In this document: positions 1 to 8,867 of the stretch, in pieces | How positions within the stretch are numbered: position 1 is the stretch's first letter | Layout of the letters: each line of letters starts with the position of its first letter | From: Candidatus Aegiribacteria sp. | Lineage (GTDB): Bacteria; Fermentibacterota; Fermentibacteria; Fermentibacterales; JCC-6 | Reading direction: 5' to 3' | Length of the DNA stretch: 64,000 nt | Assembly (NCBI GenBank): GCA_046498225.1 | Contig: JAWOBF010000061.1 | Location: 10,396 to 74,395 of the forward strand | The notes under the pieces: generated by a model | The model's input: only the letters and a program-made list of their open reading frames with translations | Database searches by the model: none | Told to the model about the DNA's origin: nothing | Program-made: the position numbers and the translations under genes

Positions 1-881
1 AGCGCAAGGGATTCATTCAGGACCTCCCCGGCGGATATCCTCCGCAGGCATTCCGCCTCGCCGCGGGGACAGTTTCGTCTGTAGCAGGGAGAGCATTCCA
101 GGCCGGCTGTTACCCGCGCGGCATGCCTGCCCATGGGCGCCGTCCATTCGGGAGAGGTGGAGCCGAATATGGTAACGGTGGGTATTCCAAGCGCGGCAGC
201 AAGGTGTACTCCTCCGGAGTCGTTCCCCACCGTCAGGACTGATCCCATGAGAGCGGCGGCGAGACCTGGAATATCGAGGCCGGAGGCTGCTGAGCAGCAT
301 TCGATCCCCGAGGCGAGGTTCAGCAGATATTCCCTCTCATCCGCGGAGCCGTAGAGAACGGTTTTCAGACCGGTTTCCTTGGTCAGCCGGAATGCCAGTT
401 CCCTGAATCCGGGCCATCTCTTTGCGCCGCCGTACCTGGCGCCGGGGAAGAGGGCTGCATGCGGGGTACTGGAGGGTTCAACGGCGGGAGCAGGCACATG
501 AGGGGTACCGGAGCCTCCTGCGACCTCGGCCAGTCTCAGGTAATCAAGCGAATGATGGTGTTCCCTGCTGCCGGGAGGCTTGAGCGGGCGCGTGAGAAGT
601 ATCCTGCGCATATCGGTGGCGTAGCCGATCCTTTCCGGAACGCGGGAAAGGAACCCCTGAAGCGCTGATCTGAAGGACCCGGCCATGAGAAGGAGAGTCC
701 CGTAGTCCTTCCCGGAGACCCTGGGTCCGGTATGGACCCGGATGCCGGGAAAGAAGACGGGCATCAGGCCGGCCACCCGGTCATGGGACCAGAAACCGAT
801 CCCGGCAGGGTTCCCGGCCAGCATGGATATTGCCGGAATTGACATGACAGCGTCCCCCAGCCAGTTGGGAGTCCTTACCAA
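1..881 (-). CDS. waaF: Glycosyltransferase family 9, LPS heptosyltransferase II-like (3' end runs off the window; absent from the ORF track)
   Basis: Manual translation from TTG 881 gives VRTPNWLGDAVMS, RIGYATD, NDSGGVHLAAALGIPTVTIFGST and CSPCYRRNCP, all in the same frame. Confidence 0.8.
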   Translation of the reverse strand, partial: MVRTPNWLGDAVMSIPAISMLAGNPAGIGFWSHDRVAGLMPVFFPGIRVHTGPRVSGKDYGTLLLMAGSFRSALQGFLSRVPERIGYATDMRRILLTRPLKPPGSREHHHSLDYLRLAEVAGGSGTPHVPAPAVEPSSTPHAALFPGARYGGAKRWPGFRELAFRLTKETGLKTVLYGSADEREYLLNLASGIECCSAASGLDIPGLAAALMGSVLTVGNDSGGVHLAAALGIPTVTIFGSTSPEWTAPMGRHAARVTAGLECSPCYRRNCPRGEAECLRRISAGEVLNESLA

Positions 882-891
882 AAGAGAAATG

Positions 892-1818
892 CTACCATCC
901 TCTCTTGAGAAGCTTCACCCAGGCGTCCACGAAATCGGCCTCCTGCCGGGAAGCTTCCACTCCGTGCCATTTCATGAAGTTTCCCTCCCTGTCCAGGCCC
1001 ACCACCGGAACCTCGAAAGCGCAGGCGTCCCCCCAGAGGTCGTCGCTGTCTGTAGCCACCACGGACGCTCCCGCTACTATGGCGGTCTTCATCTCCCTGT
1101 CCAGACCGCTGAGTTCGGTGTTCTTCCCGGAGAGGCAGACGGTCCGGAGCGGAACTTCCGCCCTGTTCTTCTCCAGCACCCCCAGAGCTGTGGCGGTAGT
1201 GACTATGTAGGGAAGCATCCTGCCTGTTACGGGGGCCATCTTCTGCTCCGCCGCCCGCCTGGCGTGTTCCCGGACCACAGGTTTCCAGCCGAGGTGGTAG
1301 GAAAGCCCCAGAGCGCCGCACATCTGTTCCAGCTTTTCGGGGAAATAGGGACTTTTCGTCATGACGGTCAGATTGACGAGACGCGACCGCTCGTCCAGCG
1401 GTGCTATCCGTATGCCGCATTTCGAATGCAGCAGGATGTCACGGTCGGATTCAATGACCTTTGAATAGGGATAGAAGAAAAGAGTGCCACTGGACAGCTT
1501 CTCCCCCTCCAGCGACCCGGGAACCCGAGGTTTCCCGACGTAGCGGTGAACGGAGGGTCTCCAGCTCAGCATATTGAACAGGCGGTGGTCCCTTTCCGGA
1601 CAGATAACGTTCAGTTCCACTTCCTGGAATTCCTTCTGAAGGCTGTTGGCGAGGAAGAGGGCCGGCCAGACATCGGATTCCATCGGACCTGAGAAGATCA
1701 CCAGTCCATCCGGGTCCCGCAGGTCGGCCGGCAGATGAATAACAGTGCGGTTCAGCCGTTTCAGGTCCCTTCCGCCTATCCCCAGGACCTTCAGCAGACG
1801 TTGGAGGAAACCGCTCAT
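892..1818 (-). CDS. Hypothetical protein, divergent GT9-like
   Basis: 308-aa ORF coupled to both neighbours; ESDVWPALFLANSLQKEF and AIVAGASVVATDSDDLWGDACAFEVPVVGL weakly resemble GT9 motifs. Confidence 0.55.
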   Translation of the reverse strand: MSGFLQRLLKVLGIGGRDLKRLNRTVIHLPADLRDPDGLVIFSGPMESDVWPALFLANSLQKEFQEVELNVICPERDHRLFNMLSWRPSVHRYVGKPRVPGSLEGEKLSSGTLFFYPYSKVIESDRDILLHSKCGIRIAPLDERSRLVNLTVMTKSPYFPEKLEQMCGALGLSYHLGWKPVVREHARRAAEQKMAPVTGRMLPYIVTTATALGVLEKNRAEVPLRTVCLSGKNTELSGLDREMKTAIVAGASVVATDSDDLWGDACAFEVPVVGLDREGNFMKWHGVEASRQEADFVDAWVKLLKRGW

Positions 1819-2501
1819 TCCAGGTCGTTCATCAGTGACCTGGCGTAATCACGGGAGATGAATGAGAAGCCGGTGTCGGTATAGACCGACTGCAGGACCG
1901 ACATCGCCCGGCCGAACCTGCCCTGGCCATGCAGGCTCAGCGCCAGCGCCGCCCGGGCCATGCCCTCCCGGGGAAAGTTCGAGGTGAGGAACATTGCCGC
2001 CTCTTCCGCTTCCCGGAACATTCCCGCCCCGACCAGCGCCAGGGTCAGGTCCAGGGCGGAATAGTACCTCTGACGCGTCGAGACGGCCCTGTCCATGGAA
2101 AGCAGGAACATTTCGGCGGCCCGAAGGGGCTCCCCCCTGAACTGAAGGGCCATCCCCTCGGCCCTGCTCCTGAGCCAGGGGTTTCCCGTCTGCCGGTCAA
2201 GGGCGGCGCAGGAGTATTCCGCCAGCCCGCAGTTCCAGGCCAGCCTGGCGAACCAGAAATCGAGATATCCCTCCTCCAGAGGCAGGCCATCCAGCCTCAG
2301 CATCAGGTCGAGAGCATGTATGCTGTTGCCGGAATAGAGGGACTCCTCTATGAAACGGCTGATTATACGCACTTCGCCGGCCAGGTCCTTCTCCTCGCTG
2401 TACTTCCTGCCGGCTTCCACCAGGTCGCCGGAGACCTCCAGGCTGAAACCCTGGGATAGTATCATTGCCAGCAGCAGCAGGACATTAAGGTTCATCATCA
2501 C
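1815..2501 (-). CDS. Secreted TPR-like helical protein
   Basis: Hydrophobic N-terminus, Ala/Leu-rich TPR-like C-terminal segments, 4-nt overlaps with both neighbours. Confidence 0.6.
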   Translation of the reverse strand: MMMNLNVLLLLAMILSQGFSLEVSGDLVEAGRKYSEEKDLAGEVRIISRFIEESLYSGNSIHALDLMLRLDGLPLEEGYLDFWFARLAWNCGLAEYSCAALDRQTGNPWLRSRAEGMALQFRGEPLRAAEMFLLSMDRAVSTRQRYYSALDLTLALVGAGMFREAEEAAMFLTSNFPREGMARAALALSLHGQGRFGRAMSVLQSVYTDTGFSFISRDYARSLMNDLE

Positions 2502-3139
2502 TCCATAATGCGCGACAGTATCCGTCTCAGCAGCCTGAGGTAGCTGAGAAGGCCTGTGAGCGCCGAAAGAAGGGCGAATATCATCAGGGGTGTATAGAGG
2601 GAGGAGAATATCTGCTTATGGGGGAACGCCAGCCTTGCGGTGGCGGTTATGAGAAGAAGGTAGCTGAAGAGCACGGCCAGCCGCTCGCCTGTGGTTATGG
2701 TCACAACGGGCACGTGTACGCTCCAGGATATGATGGAGAGCGACAGCAGCAGCAGCAGGTGGTAACCGGTAAGCAGACCCGCCACGAAGGTATCCAGCCC
2801 GTTCAGGTTGAACGCGACGATTATCAGGGCCACGGACAGGAACAGCTTGTCGGCGGTGAAATCCATCACCTTCCCGGGGTAGGTGTTCCTCTTCATCCTT
2901 CTGGCGGTCCAGCCGTCGAGGTAATCCGATACCGCGCCCGCCAGTATGAGCCAGAAAACCGGTACCGGGCTGCTGTACCTGTAGGCCAGGAGGACGAGGA
3001 CACCGGCTCCGGCGAACCGGAACCAGGTTATCAGGGCCGGTACGATCGGAAAACTCCCGGCTATCTGATGAGCCCGGTTCTGCACCTCAGCCCTTATCTG
3101 ATGCAGGATATTCCTGCCGTTTGCCGGGTTCGATGTCAC
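2498..3139 (-). CDS. CDP-alcohol phosphatidyltransferase family protein
   Basis: DYLDGWTARR...GKVMDFTADK signature; several TM segments; GTG start overlaps the upstream TGA. Confidence 0.85.
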   Translation of the reverse strand: MTSNPANGRNILHQIRAEVQNRAHQIAGSFPIVPALITWFRFAGAGVLVLLAYRYSSPVPVFWLILAGAVSDYLDGWTARRMKRNTYPGKVMDFTADKLFLSVALIIVAFNLNGLDTFVAGLLTGYHLLLLLSLSIISWSVHVPVVTITTGERLAVLFSYLLLITATARLAFPHKQIFSSLYTPLMIFALLSALTGLLSYLRLLRRILSRIME

Positions 3140-3711
3140 GGGGAGACGCCCTCCCTTATTCCGGCTGCGAAAAGGCTGTCCAGGGCGGACATGCCTATCC
3201 AGTCCCTCTCCCATTCCATGGAGACGGGAAAGAACACACCGGCAAGCATTTCCAGGTCGGACCTCCCCGCCAGGATATTCGGATGGAACAACCCGCCGTG
3301 GGACGTTCGCATCCAGCCCATGGCGATTACTGCCGCCAGCGTGTTGCCGTAGTCGTCGTCCGTGAGGTCTGAGGGAATTTCTGGACCGGTGCTGAGAGCG
3401 TCGTAGAACTGGAAGCGGCCGTACCAGGAAAGCGCTATTCCCAGGTCACGTCTGGTAACCGGAACAACCGAACCCCTTCCGTCCATCCAGGCCTCCGCCT
3501 CTCGTATCCTGCCCCGGTTGACCAGCAGGCGCAGAAGAGGAACCAGGGCCGTCCTGTTACCGTTCTTGAGCTGGCTCTTGATGGCTCGTTCGTTGAGGGA
3601 GGGCGGGGCAAGGGAATCAGCCTCAAGTCTGGACCCGGAGGCTTCAAGCCAGAAATCATCGGCGACCGTGAGCGTCTGGGCCGATAGCGTTACAGTGAAT
3701 AACAGGGTCAC
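3136..3711 (-). CDS. Secreted hypothetical protein with a degenerate SLH-like segment (start uncertain: GTG 3711 or ATG 3828)
   Basis: Signal-like ILLVVTLLFTVTLSA; PSDLTDDDYGNTLAAVIAMGWMRTSHGGLFHPNILAGRSDL resembles an SLH repeat. Confidence 0.6.
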   Translation of the reverse strand: MTLLFTVTLSAQTLTVADDFWLEASGSRLEADSLAPPSLNERAIKSQLKNGNRTALVPLLRLLVNRGRIREAEAWMDGRGSVVPVTRRDLGIALSWYGRFQFYDALSTGPEIPSDLTDDDYGNTLAAVIAMGWMRTSHGGLFHPNILAGRSDLEMLAGVFFPVSMEWERDWIGMSALDSLFAAGIREGVSP

Positions 3712-3722
3712 GACAAGAAGGA

Positions 3723-3798
3723 TGGAGCGGGTAACGGGGATCGAACCCGCGACATTCAGCTTGGGAAGCTGACACTCTGCCAACTGAGTTATACCCGC
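3723..3798 (-). tRNA. tRNA-Gly (CCC)
   Basis: 76-nt cloverleaf: acceptor GCGGGTA/TACCCGC, anticodon arm TCAGC-TTCCCAA-GCTGA, T-loop TTCGATC, encoded CCA. Confidence 0.97.
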
Positions 3799-3813
3799 TC
3801 CGTCATCTGGGAA

Positions 3814-3842
3814 TGAATAGGTTTTCATGGTCCCTCCGTCAA
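3814..3842 (-). promoter_or_regulatory. Candidate sigma70 promoter for tRNA-Gly
   Basis: TTGACG-17 nt-TATTCA ending 15 nt upstream of the tRNA; weak -10. Confidence 0.4.
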
Positions 3843-4652
3843 GTTCCTTCCGGGCAGGCTTTCCAGGACGCCTGAATATACTGCTCTGGCCTCGCCCTGC
3901 AGCCACCAGCCTTTTTCGTCGTTTCCCGCCGTAAGGGTCAGCCCGCTCCTGACCCCTATATCCACCGGCTGGGCGCAGCCGAGGAGTTCAACGGCGCAGA
4001 TCGCGCATGCAACGGCCCCCGTGCCGCAGGCCAGCGTCTCACCCTCCACCCCTCTTTCCCAGGTCCTCATGGAAATGGACCCATTGTCCGTCCAGAGATA
4101 ATTAACGTTGGCGCCTGCCTGTCCGAACATTGAATGGCTCCTCAGCCTTCTTGCGGTCTCATCGAAGGGAGGTATGTCGGGTCCGCCGGTGACCGCCACC
4201 GCGTGGGGAACTCCGGTGTTGACGAAGGACAGGCTGAGTTCATGGGAACCCACCCGGGTCTTTCTGTCAAGAAAATGTATCGCGGGGTCCGTCATCCATA
4301 TCCTGGCGCTGTCCGGGCCGGTCACCCTGGCCCTGTGAACTCCGGCCGCGCTTCTGAAACTGAAGTCCTCCCCCGGTTCCACGAGCCCCCTCCGCGCCGC
4401 GAAAGCCGCTATGCAGCGGCCTCCGTTGCCGCACATCTCCGCCTCTCCGCCGTCGCTGTTGTAATACCTCATCCTGAAAGGGAACTCAGGGTCGCTTCCC
4501 ATTTCCAGCACGCCGTCAGCGCCTACCGAGAGTCCCCTTCGGCAGAGAGCCCTCACAAGCTCAGCGGTAACCGGAGTGTCAGTGGTTCCGTCCAGGTTGT
4601 CTATGAGTATGAAGTCGTTGCCGGCGCCGCTCATTTTAACGAATTTCAGCAT
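3825..4652 (-). CDS. dapF: Diaminopimelate epimerase
   Basis: MLKFVKMSGAGNDF, EAEMCGNGGRC, NTGVPH, ERGVEGETLACGTG. Confidence 0.95.
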   Translation of the reverse strand: MLKFVKMSGAGNDFILIDNLDGTTDTPVTAELVRALCRRGLSVGADGVLEMGSDPEFPFRMRYYNSDGGEAEMCGNGGRCIAAFAARRGLVEPGEDFSFRSAAGVHRARVTGPDSARIWMTDPAIHFLDRKTRVGSHELSLSFVNTGVPHAVAVTGGPDIPPFDETARRLRSHSMFGQAGANVNYLWTDNGSISMRTWERGVEGETLACGTGAVACAICAVELLGCAQPVDIGVRSGLTLTAGNDEKGWWLQGEARAVYSGVLESLPGRNLTEGP

Positions 4653-6879
4653 TATTCCCTGTTTCCTCCCCCACGCCGCCCATCTCCCTTTCCAGCAGTT
4701 CCAGCTCCAGGCGGGCTTCCCGGTTCGCCGGGTCCTCCTCAAGCACCCGGAAGTATTCCTCCCTGGCTTCCTCCGGCCGGCCCTCGGCCGCGAAAAGCCT
4801 CGCCAGCAGAAGCCTGAGGGCGGGCCTTTCGCCGGTCCACCAGGTGAAGCTCTCGATATCCTCCGCCAGGTGGTCCAGCCGGTAGCCGCCCTGAATATAC
4901 AGCTGGATGAGGTCATTGAGCATACTTTCGGTAACCTCGGCGGGACCGCCGCCCGCAAGGCCCAGAAGGAGCGCGCCCGAAAGCATGTCAGGGTCGTTGA
5001 TCTCTATGCCCCTGTCCGCCAGGTAGCCTGACCATCCCCTCATGTCCTCCAGGATGGCCTTTGCCTGGTCGTAGCCGCTGTAGCAGTGGGCGTACCGTTC
5101 CACGAACAGGAACCGCCTGGGAAGGTCAGCAGCCTCCCGGTACCCCCGGCCGTAGACGCGGAGGGAGGGTCCCTGGTGGAGGAGAACGAGTGAATCCAGC
5201 GTTTCGGGCCTGTAATGAAGCTGCCGGGCTACGGCCTGTTCCGGTTCTTCCCGCAGCCCCGCGAGGTAGAGCAGGCCGCTGAAGCTACTGTCCAGCAGGA
5301 AATCCGCCTGATACACCAGCAGCCGGCAGTCCCGGTCCCTCATGAAGGCCACCAGGCTGTCCTCCGGCATGAACATGGTCTCGGCGAACCTGATTATTGT
5401 CTCCCTGTTGTATTCGCTCTCGAAGAAGGTATGGGTTACTACCGGACGCTCCGCGTAGGCCGAAATCAGGCCGGATATGTGCCAGTAGCTCAGAACGGCC
5501 CGATCGCTTTCCGTTTCCCTGTCCAGCCAGTCCAGGAAGGAATCAAGCTCACGGTCGCCCAGCATTGAGGATGAATCCTCGAACCGCAGTCCGACCCTGT
5601 CGATTGCTCCCGCTATGACCCCGGGAAACAGGGATTGAAGGATGATGGCCAGGGCCACGGGGACTATCAGCCATCTCCTTCTGAAGGTTGCGGCGATAAC
5701 CGGAACGAGAGCCACGGCCAGGAACACCATCAGCCTGTCGAAGAAGAGGTAGCCGGCCAGCGAGAGGGGAAGGAACCAGAAAATGAGCCTGTTCCCCCTC
5801 TCCCTGAAGAACGCCCTTGCTCCCGGCAGGGCCGCCAGGAGGGGCACTCCGAAGAGCAGAAGGAACTGGGCCGGCGAGGGGCTGGTGTAACCGGGCACCC
5901 AGAACAGCCTGGCGTCCTCCGACAGAAGCAGGGGGTTCTCCGGATGGCTGAAGAGGAACCTCAGCTTTGCCGCTATCACCGATGACACGTGACCGGTGGC
6001 GGCCTGACCGATGAAAGAGGATGCCGCGGCCAGGACAGTGGCGCACAGCGGGTACCAGACCGGTCTGAACCGGGGCAGGAGCAGAAACACCGCCATGACC
6101 GTGGCCGGGCTTATCAGCGCCCCGTCATGCCTCATGTGGGGCAGAAGGACGGAAGCGGCTATCTGGGCGGAGGCCAGGGATATCCTGGCGGACAGGGGTA
6201 CGTCTCCCCTTCGCCAGTTCCTCCAAAACAGATAAAGAAGCAGGAAGAACGAGATGAAGGCTGTGACCTTCCACGCGGCAAGTGACATGAACAGGACAAC
6301 TCCCGCGGATACGCCGAATCTCATGGCGGCCCGTTCATCCTCTTCGGCAAGTGTCCTCTCGGTAAGCCATCCCAGAGCCACGAGCATGGGCAGGGCGACG
6401 GTCTCCCTGTAGAGGGACCCGCCCCTTGCCCTGAGGATGGCCGGAAGAAGAAAGGCGTAAAGACCGGAAGCCAGAAGGGAGGTCCATTTTTCGAATCCTG
6501 CCCCGCGCATCCACAGGTAGAGCATGGGGATAACCAGCAGAGGGAAGAAAAGCGCGAAAGCCCTGATGAAACCATCGAAGTCCCCCCCCGCTATCCTGTG
6601 GATACCTCCGGCCACGTACTCCTCGAATATGGAGTTGTGAAAGGTATTCATGCCCCGCGGATGCATAACCAGGGTATCGACTTCAGGAATATGGCCGGTC
6701 ATGGAGAACATTTTCGCGTAACGGTAGGCCTGGGTGGTTTCGGCCTGCATCCTTTTCGGAGGGGGAAGCACGGAGGAGGCGACCAGGCTCCGGAAGAGGA
6801 ATCCCGCCGCAACCGCCGCGGCGAGAAGCAGGGCTGTTGTCAGAACACCGGTTCTACGGAACATCGCTGGGCTTTCCAT
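4636..6879 (-). CDS. Multi-pass GT-C glycosyltransferase, DPY19/STT3-like, with C-terminal TPR
   Basis: Many TM helices; segments AETTQAYRYAK, DTLVMHPRGMNT, LYRETVALP and VLSYWHISGLISAYAERPVVTHTFFE; C-terminal TPR-like helices. Confidence 0.65.
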   Translation of the reverse strand: MESPAMFRRTGVLTTALLLAAAVAAGFLFRSLVASSVLPPPKRMQAETTQAYRYAKMFSMTGHIPEVDTLVMHPRGMNTFHNSIFEEYVAGGIHRIAGGDFDGFIRAFALFFPLLVIPMLYLWMRGAGFEKWTSLLASGLYAFLLPAILRARGGSLYRETVALPMLVALGWLTERTLAEEDERAAMRFGVSAGVVLFMSLAAWKVTAFISFFLLLYLFWRNWRRGDVPLSARISLASAQIAASVLLPHMRHDGALISPATVMAVFLLLPRFRPVWYPLCATVLAAASSFIGQAATGHVSSVIAAKLRFLFSHPENPLLLSEDARLFWVPGYTSPSPAQFLLLFGVPLLAALPGARAFFRERGNRLIFWFLPLSLAGYLFFDRLMVFLAVALVPVIAATFRRRWLIVPVALAIILQSLFPGVIAGAIDRVGLRFEDSSSMLGDRELDSFLDWLDRETESDRAVLSYWHISGLISAYAERPVVTHTFFESEYNRETIIRFAETMFMPEDSLVAFMRDRDCRLLVYQADFLLDSSFSGLLYLAGLREEPEQAVARQLHYRPETLDSLVLLHQGPSLRVYGRGYREAADLPRRFLFVERYAHCYSGYDQAKAILEDMRGWSGYLADRGIEINDPDMLSGALLLGLAGGGPAEVTESMLNDLIQLYIQGGYRLDHLAEDIESFTWWTGERPALRLLLARLFAAEGRPEEAREEYFRVLEEDPANREARLELELLEREMGGVGEETGNNAEIR

Positions 6880-6906
6880 GGCTTATGAAAGGACGGCGGC
6901 CGCGGA

Positions 6907-7488
6907 TCAGGACAGGAGCCCTGAGTGCTGCTTCGCTATAATGACCGACATTATCTTGAGGGTTTCCACCGGACCGCTTCCGCCGATGGCCACGGATTCA
7001 ATTGAGGGCCATCCGTAGCGGTTCAGCAGCTGCTCCATCTCCTCCACCGATGCTATGGAGGGAAGGTCCCTCTTGTTGAACTGCAGTACCGAGGGCACGT
7101 CGGATAGTTTCAGGCCGTAGGAATCCAGGTTGCTCTCCAGGTCCTCCATACTGTCGACGTTGGCGTCCATTCTCTCGGTCTGGCTGTCCGCGACGAAGAT
7201 TATTCCGTCCACGCCATCAAGGATGACCTTTCTGCTCAGAGAGTAGTAGGCCTGTCCGGGAACCGAATAGAGGTGGAGCCTTACCCTGTCGTTCCCGATG
7301 GACGCGAAGTTGACGGGAAGGAAGTCGAAGAATACGGTCCGCTCTCCCCTGGTGCACAGCGTAACCAGTCTTCCCCTGTGTTCCGGGGCTATCAGATCCC
7401 GTATCCTCCTGAGATTCGTGGTCTTTCCCGAAAGACCGGGACCGTAGTAGACTATCTTGTAGGCAACTTCATTTACTGATCTGTGCAT
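6907..7488 (-). CDS. mglA: MglA-family small GTPase (copy 1)
   Basis: KIVYYGPGLSGKTTN, ERTVFFDFLP, YSVPGQ, DGIIFVADS, NKRD. Confidence 0.9.
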   Translation of the reverse strand: MHRSVNEVAYKIVYYGPGLSGKTTNLRRIRDLIAPEHRGRLVTLCTRGERTVFFDFLPVNFASIGNDRVRLHLYSVPGQAYYSLSRKVILDGVDGIIFVADSQTERMDANVDSMEDLESNLDSYGLKLSDVPSVLQFNKRDLPSIASVEEMEQLLNRYGWPSIESVAIGGSGPVETLKIMSVIIAKQHSGLLS

Positions 7489-7517
7489 TTATCCCCGTTT
7501 CTCAATGCTTCTGGAAC

Positions 7518-8867
7518 TCAGAGTATATAATTACCATCTTCTCTTCGATCAGCAAGGTCAAGAAGGATACTCTTCGCCGAGGTCCCGGATATGCTCACCG
7601 GACCCCTGACCAGATCGGGGGCTCCGAACAGCTGCTGGTCCAGCAGGTAGCTCAGTACCGGCCTGAGCCTTCTTGCGCCTATGTCGTCGGTCTCCTGGTT
7701 GAGATGGCTGGCTACCCTGGCCACTTCACGGGAGGCCCCCCGGCTGAGCCTCAGTTTCACACCGTCCGCTTCCAGAAGCGACGTGTACTGCTTCAGAAGT
7801 GAATTCTCCGGTTCGGTGAGGATCCTTAAAAGGTCTTCCTCCGAAAGGGGATCCAGCTCCACCCTCATGGGAAACCTGCCCTGCAGCTCCGGAATGAGGT
7901 CGGAGGGGCTCGACCCGTTGAAGGCTCCCGCGGCTATGAACAGGATATGGTCCGTCACCACCGGACCGTACCTTGTCTGAACAGCGCAGCCCTCCACGAT
8001 GGGAAGCAGGTCCCTCTGAACGCCGGCCCTGGAAACTTCCGGGCCCTTGCTCTCGCTGATCCCGATTATCTTGTCTATCTCGTCGATGAAGATGATACCC
8101 TCCTCCTGGGCCAGCGTCAGCCCCCTGGAAATGTGGTCGCTGCCCTCGAGGAGCCTGCCCATCTCCTCTTCTCGAAGCCTCTCCCTGGCCTCGGAGACCG
8201 GAAGCTCGGTCCGCTTCCTCCTGCCGCCCATCATCTTCTGCATGAGTTTCTTGAGGTTTTCTCCCGCGGCATTGTCGAAACCGGCGCCGGGCATCAGGGG
8301 CATTATCTCCATGTTTGGAAGCTGGTCGGGAAGTATCATCTCCACCCTGGTGTCCTCCAGGGAACCGCTTTCCAGCATTCTCTTCAGTTCCGCGTCGGAT
8401 ATGGTTTCGTAACCGGAACTCTTCAGCGCTGCGACGAGTTTTCCCGTCACCGCCTGCTCGACATGCTCCGCCCGGTCCTTTCTTTCTCTCTCCGCTTCAA
8501 TGTTCACCGCCTGCCGCACCAGCGACCGCACCATGGATTCCACGTCCCTGCCCACGTATCCGGTTTCGGTGTACTTGGTGGCCTCAACCTTCACGAAGGG
8601 GGCGCCGGTGAGATTAGCCAGCCTTCTGGCTATCTCCGTCTTCCCTATGCCGGTGGGCCCCATCATTATCAGATTGCTGGGATATATCTCGGGCCTGATA
8701 TCGTCCGGCGCCAGCCGACGCCGGTACCTGTTGCGAAGGGCTATGGCTACCGACCGCTTTGCAGCGGCCTGGCCAACCACATGGCGGTCAAGCCACTTCA
8801 CTGTCTCCGACGGGGTGTAGTCTCCCTTGTCGTTCATCCGCGCGGGTTCCCTGTTCATATCAGCCAA
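7518..8867 (-). CDS. hslU: HslUV protease ATPase subunit
   Basis: GPTGIGKTE, KVEATKYTETGYVGRD, FIDEIDK, GVQRDLLP, PELQGRFP. Confidence 0.96.
   Translation of the reverse strand: MADMNREPARMNDKGDYTPSETVKWLDRHVVGQAAAKRSVAIALRNRYRRRLAPDDIRPEIYPSNLIMMGPTGIGKTEIARRLANLTGAPFVKVEATKYTETGYVGRDVESMVRSLVRQAVNIEAERERKDRAEHVEQAVTGKLVAALKSSGYETISDAELKRMLESGSLEDTRVEMILPDQLPNMEIMPLMPGAGFDNAAGENLKKLMQKMMGGRRKRTELPVSEARERLREEEMGRLLEGSDHISRGLTLAQEEGIIFIDEIDKIIGISESKGPEVSRAGVQRDLLPIVEGCAVQTRYGPVVTDHILFIAAGAFNGSSPSDLIPELQGRFPMRVELDPLSEEDLLRILTEPENSLLKQYTSLLEADGVKLRLSRGASREVARVASHLNQETDDIGARRLRPVLSYLLDQQLFGAPDLVRGPVSISGTSAKSILLDLADRREDGNYIL

Noticed and set aside
1..881. Apparent gene gap or pseudogene at the window start
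   Set aside because: The N- and C-terminal GT9 motifs are in the same frame; the ORF is missing from the track because its stop lies outside the window.
3723..3798. tRNA as an integration site
   Set aside because: No duplicated tRNA 3' end was noticed. The 10-nt match to its 5' end near 53921-53930 is just the codons for AGI-K.
6582..6589. C8 tract in the DPY19-like gene as a phase-variation switch
   Set aside because: Similar G/C runs occur in housekeeping genes such as ptsI (22453-22460), and the frame is intact.
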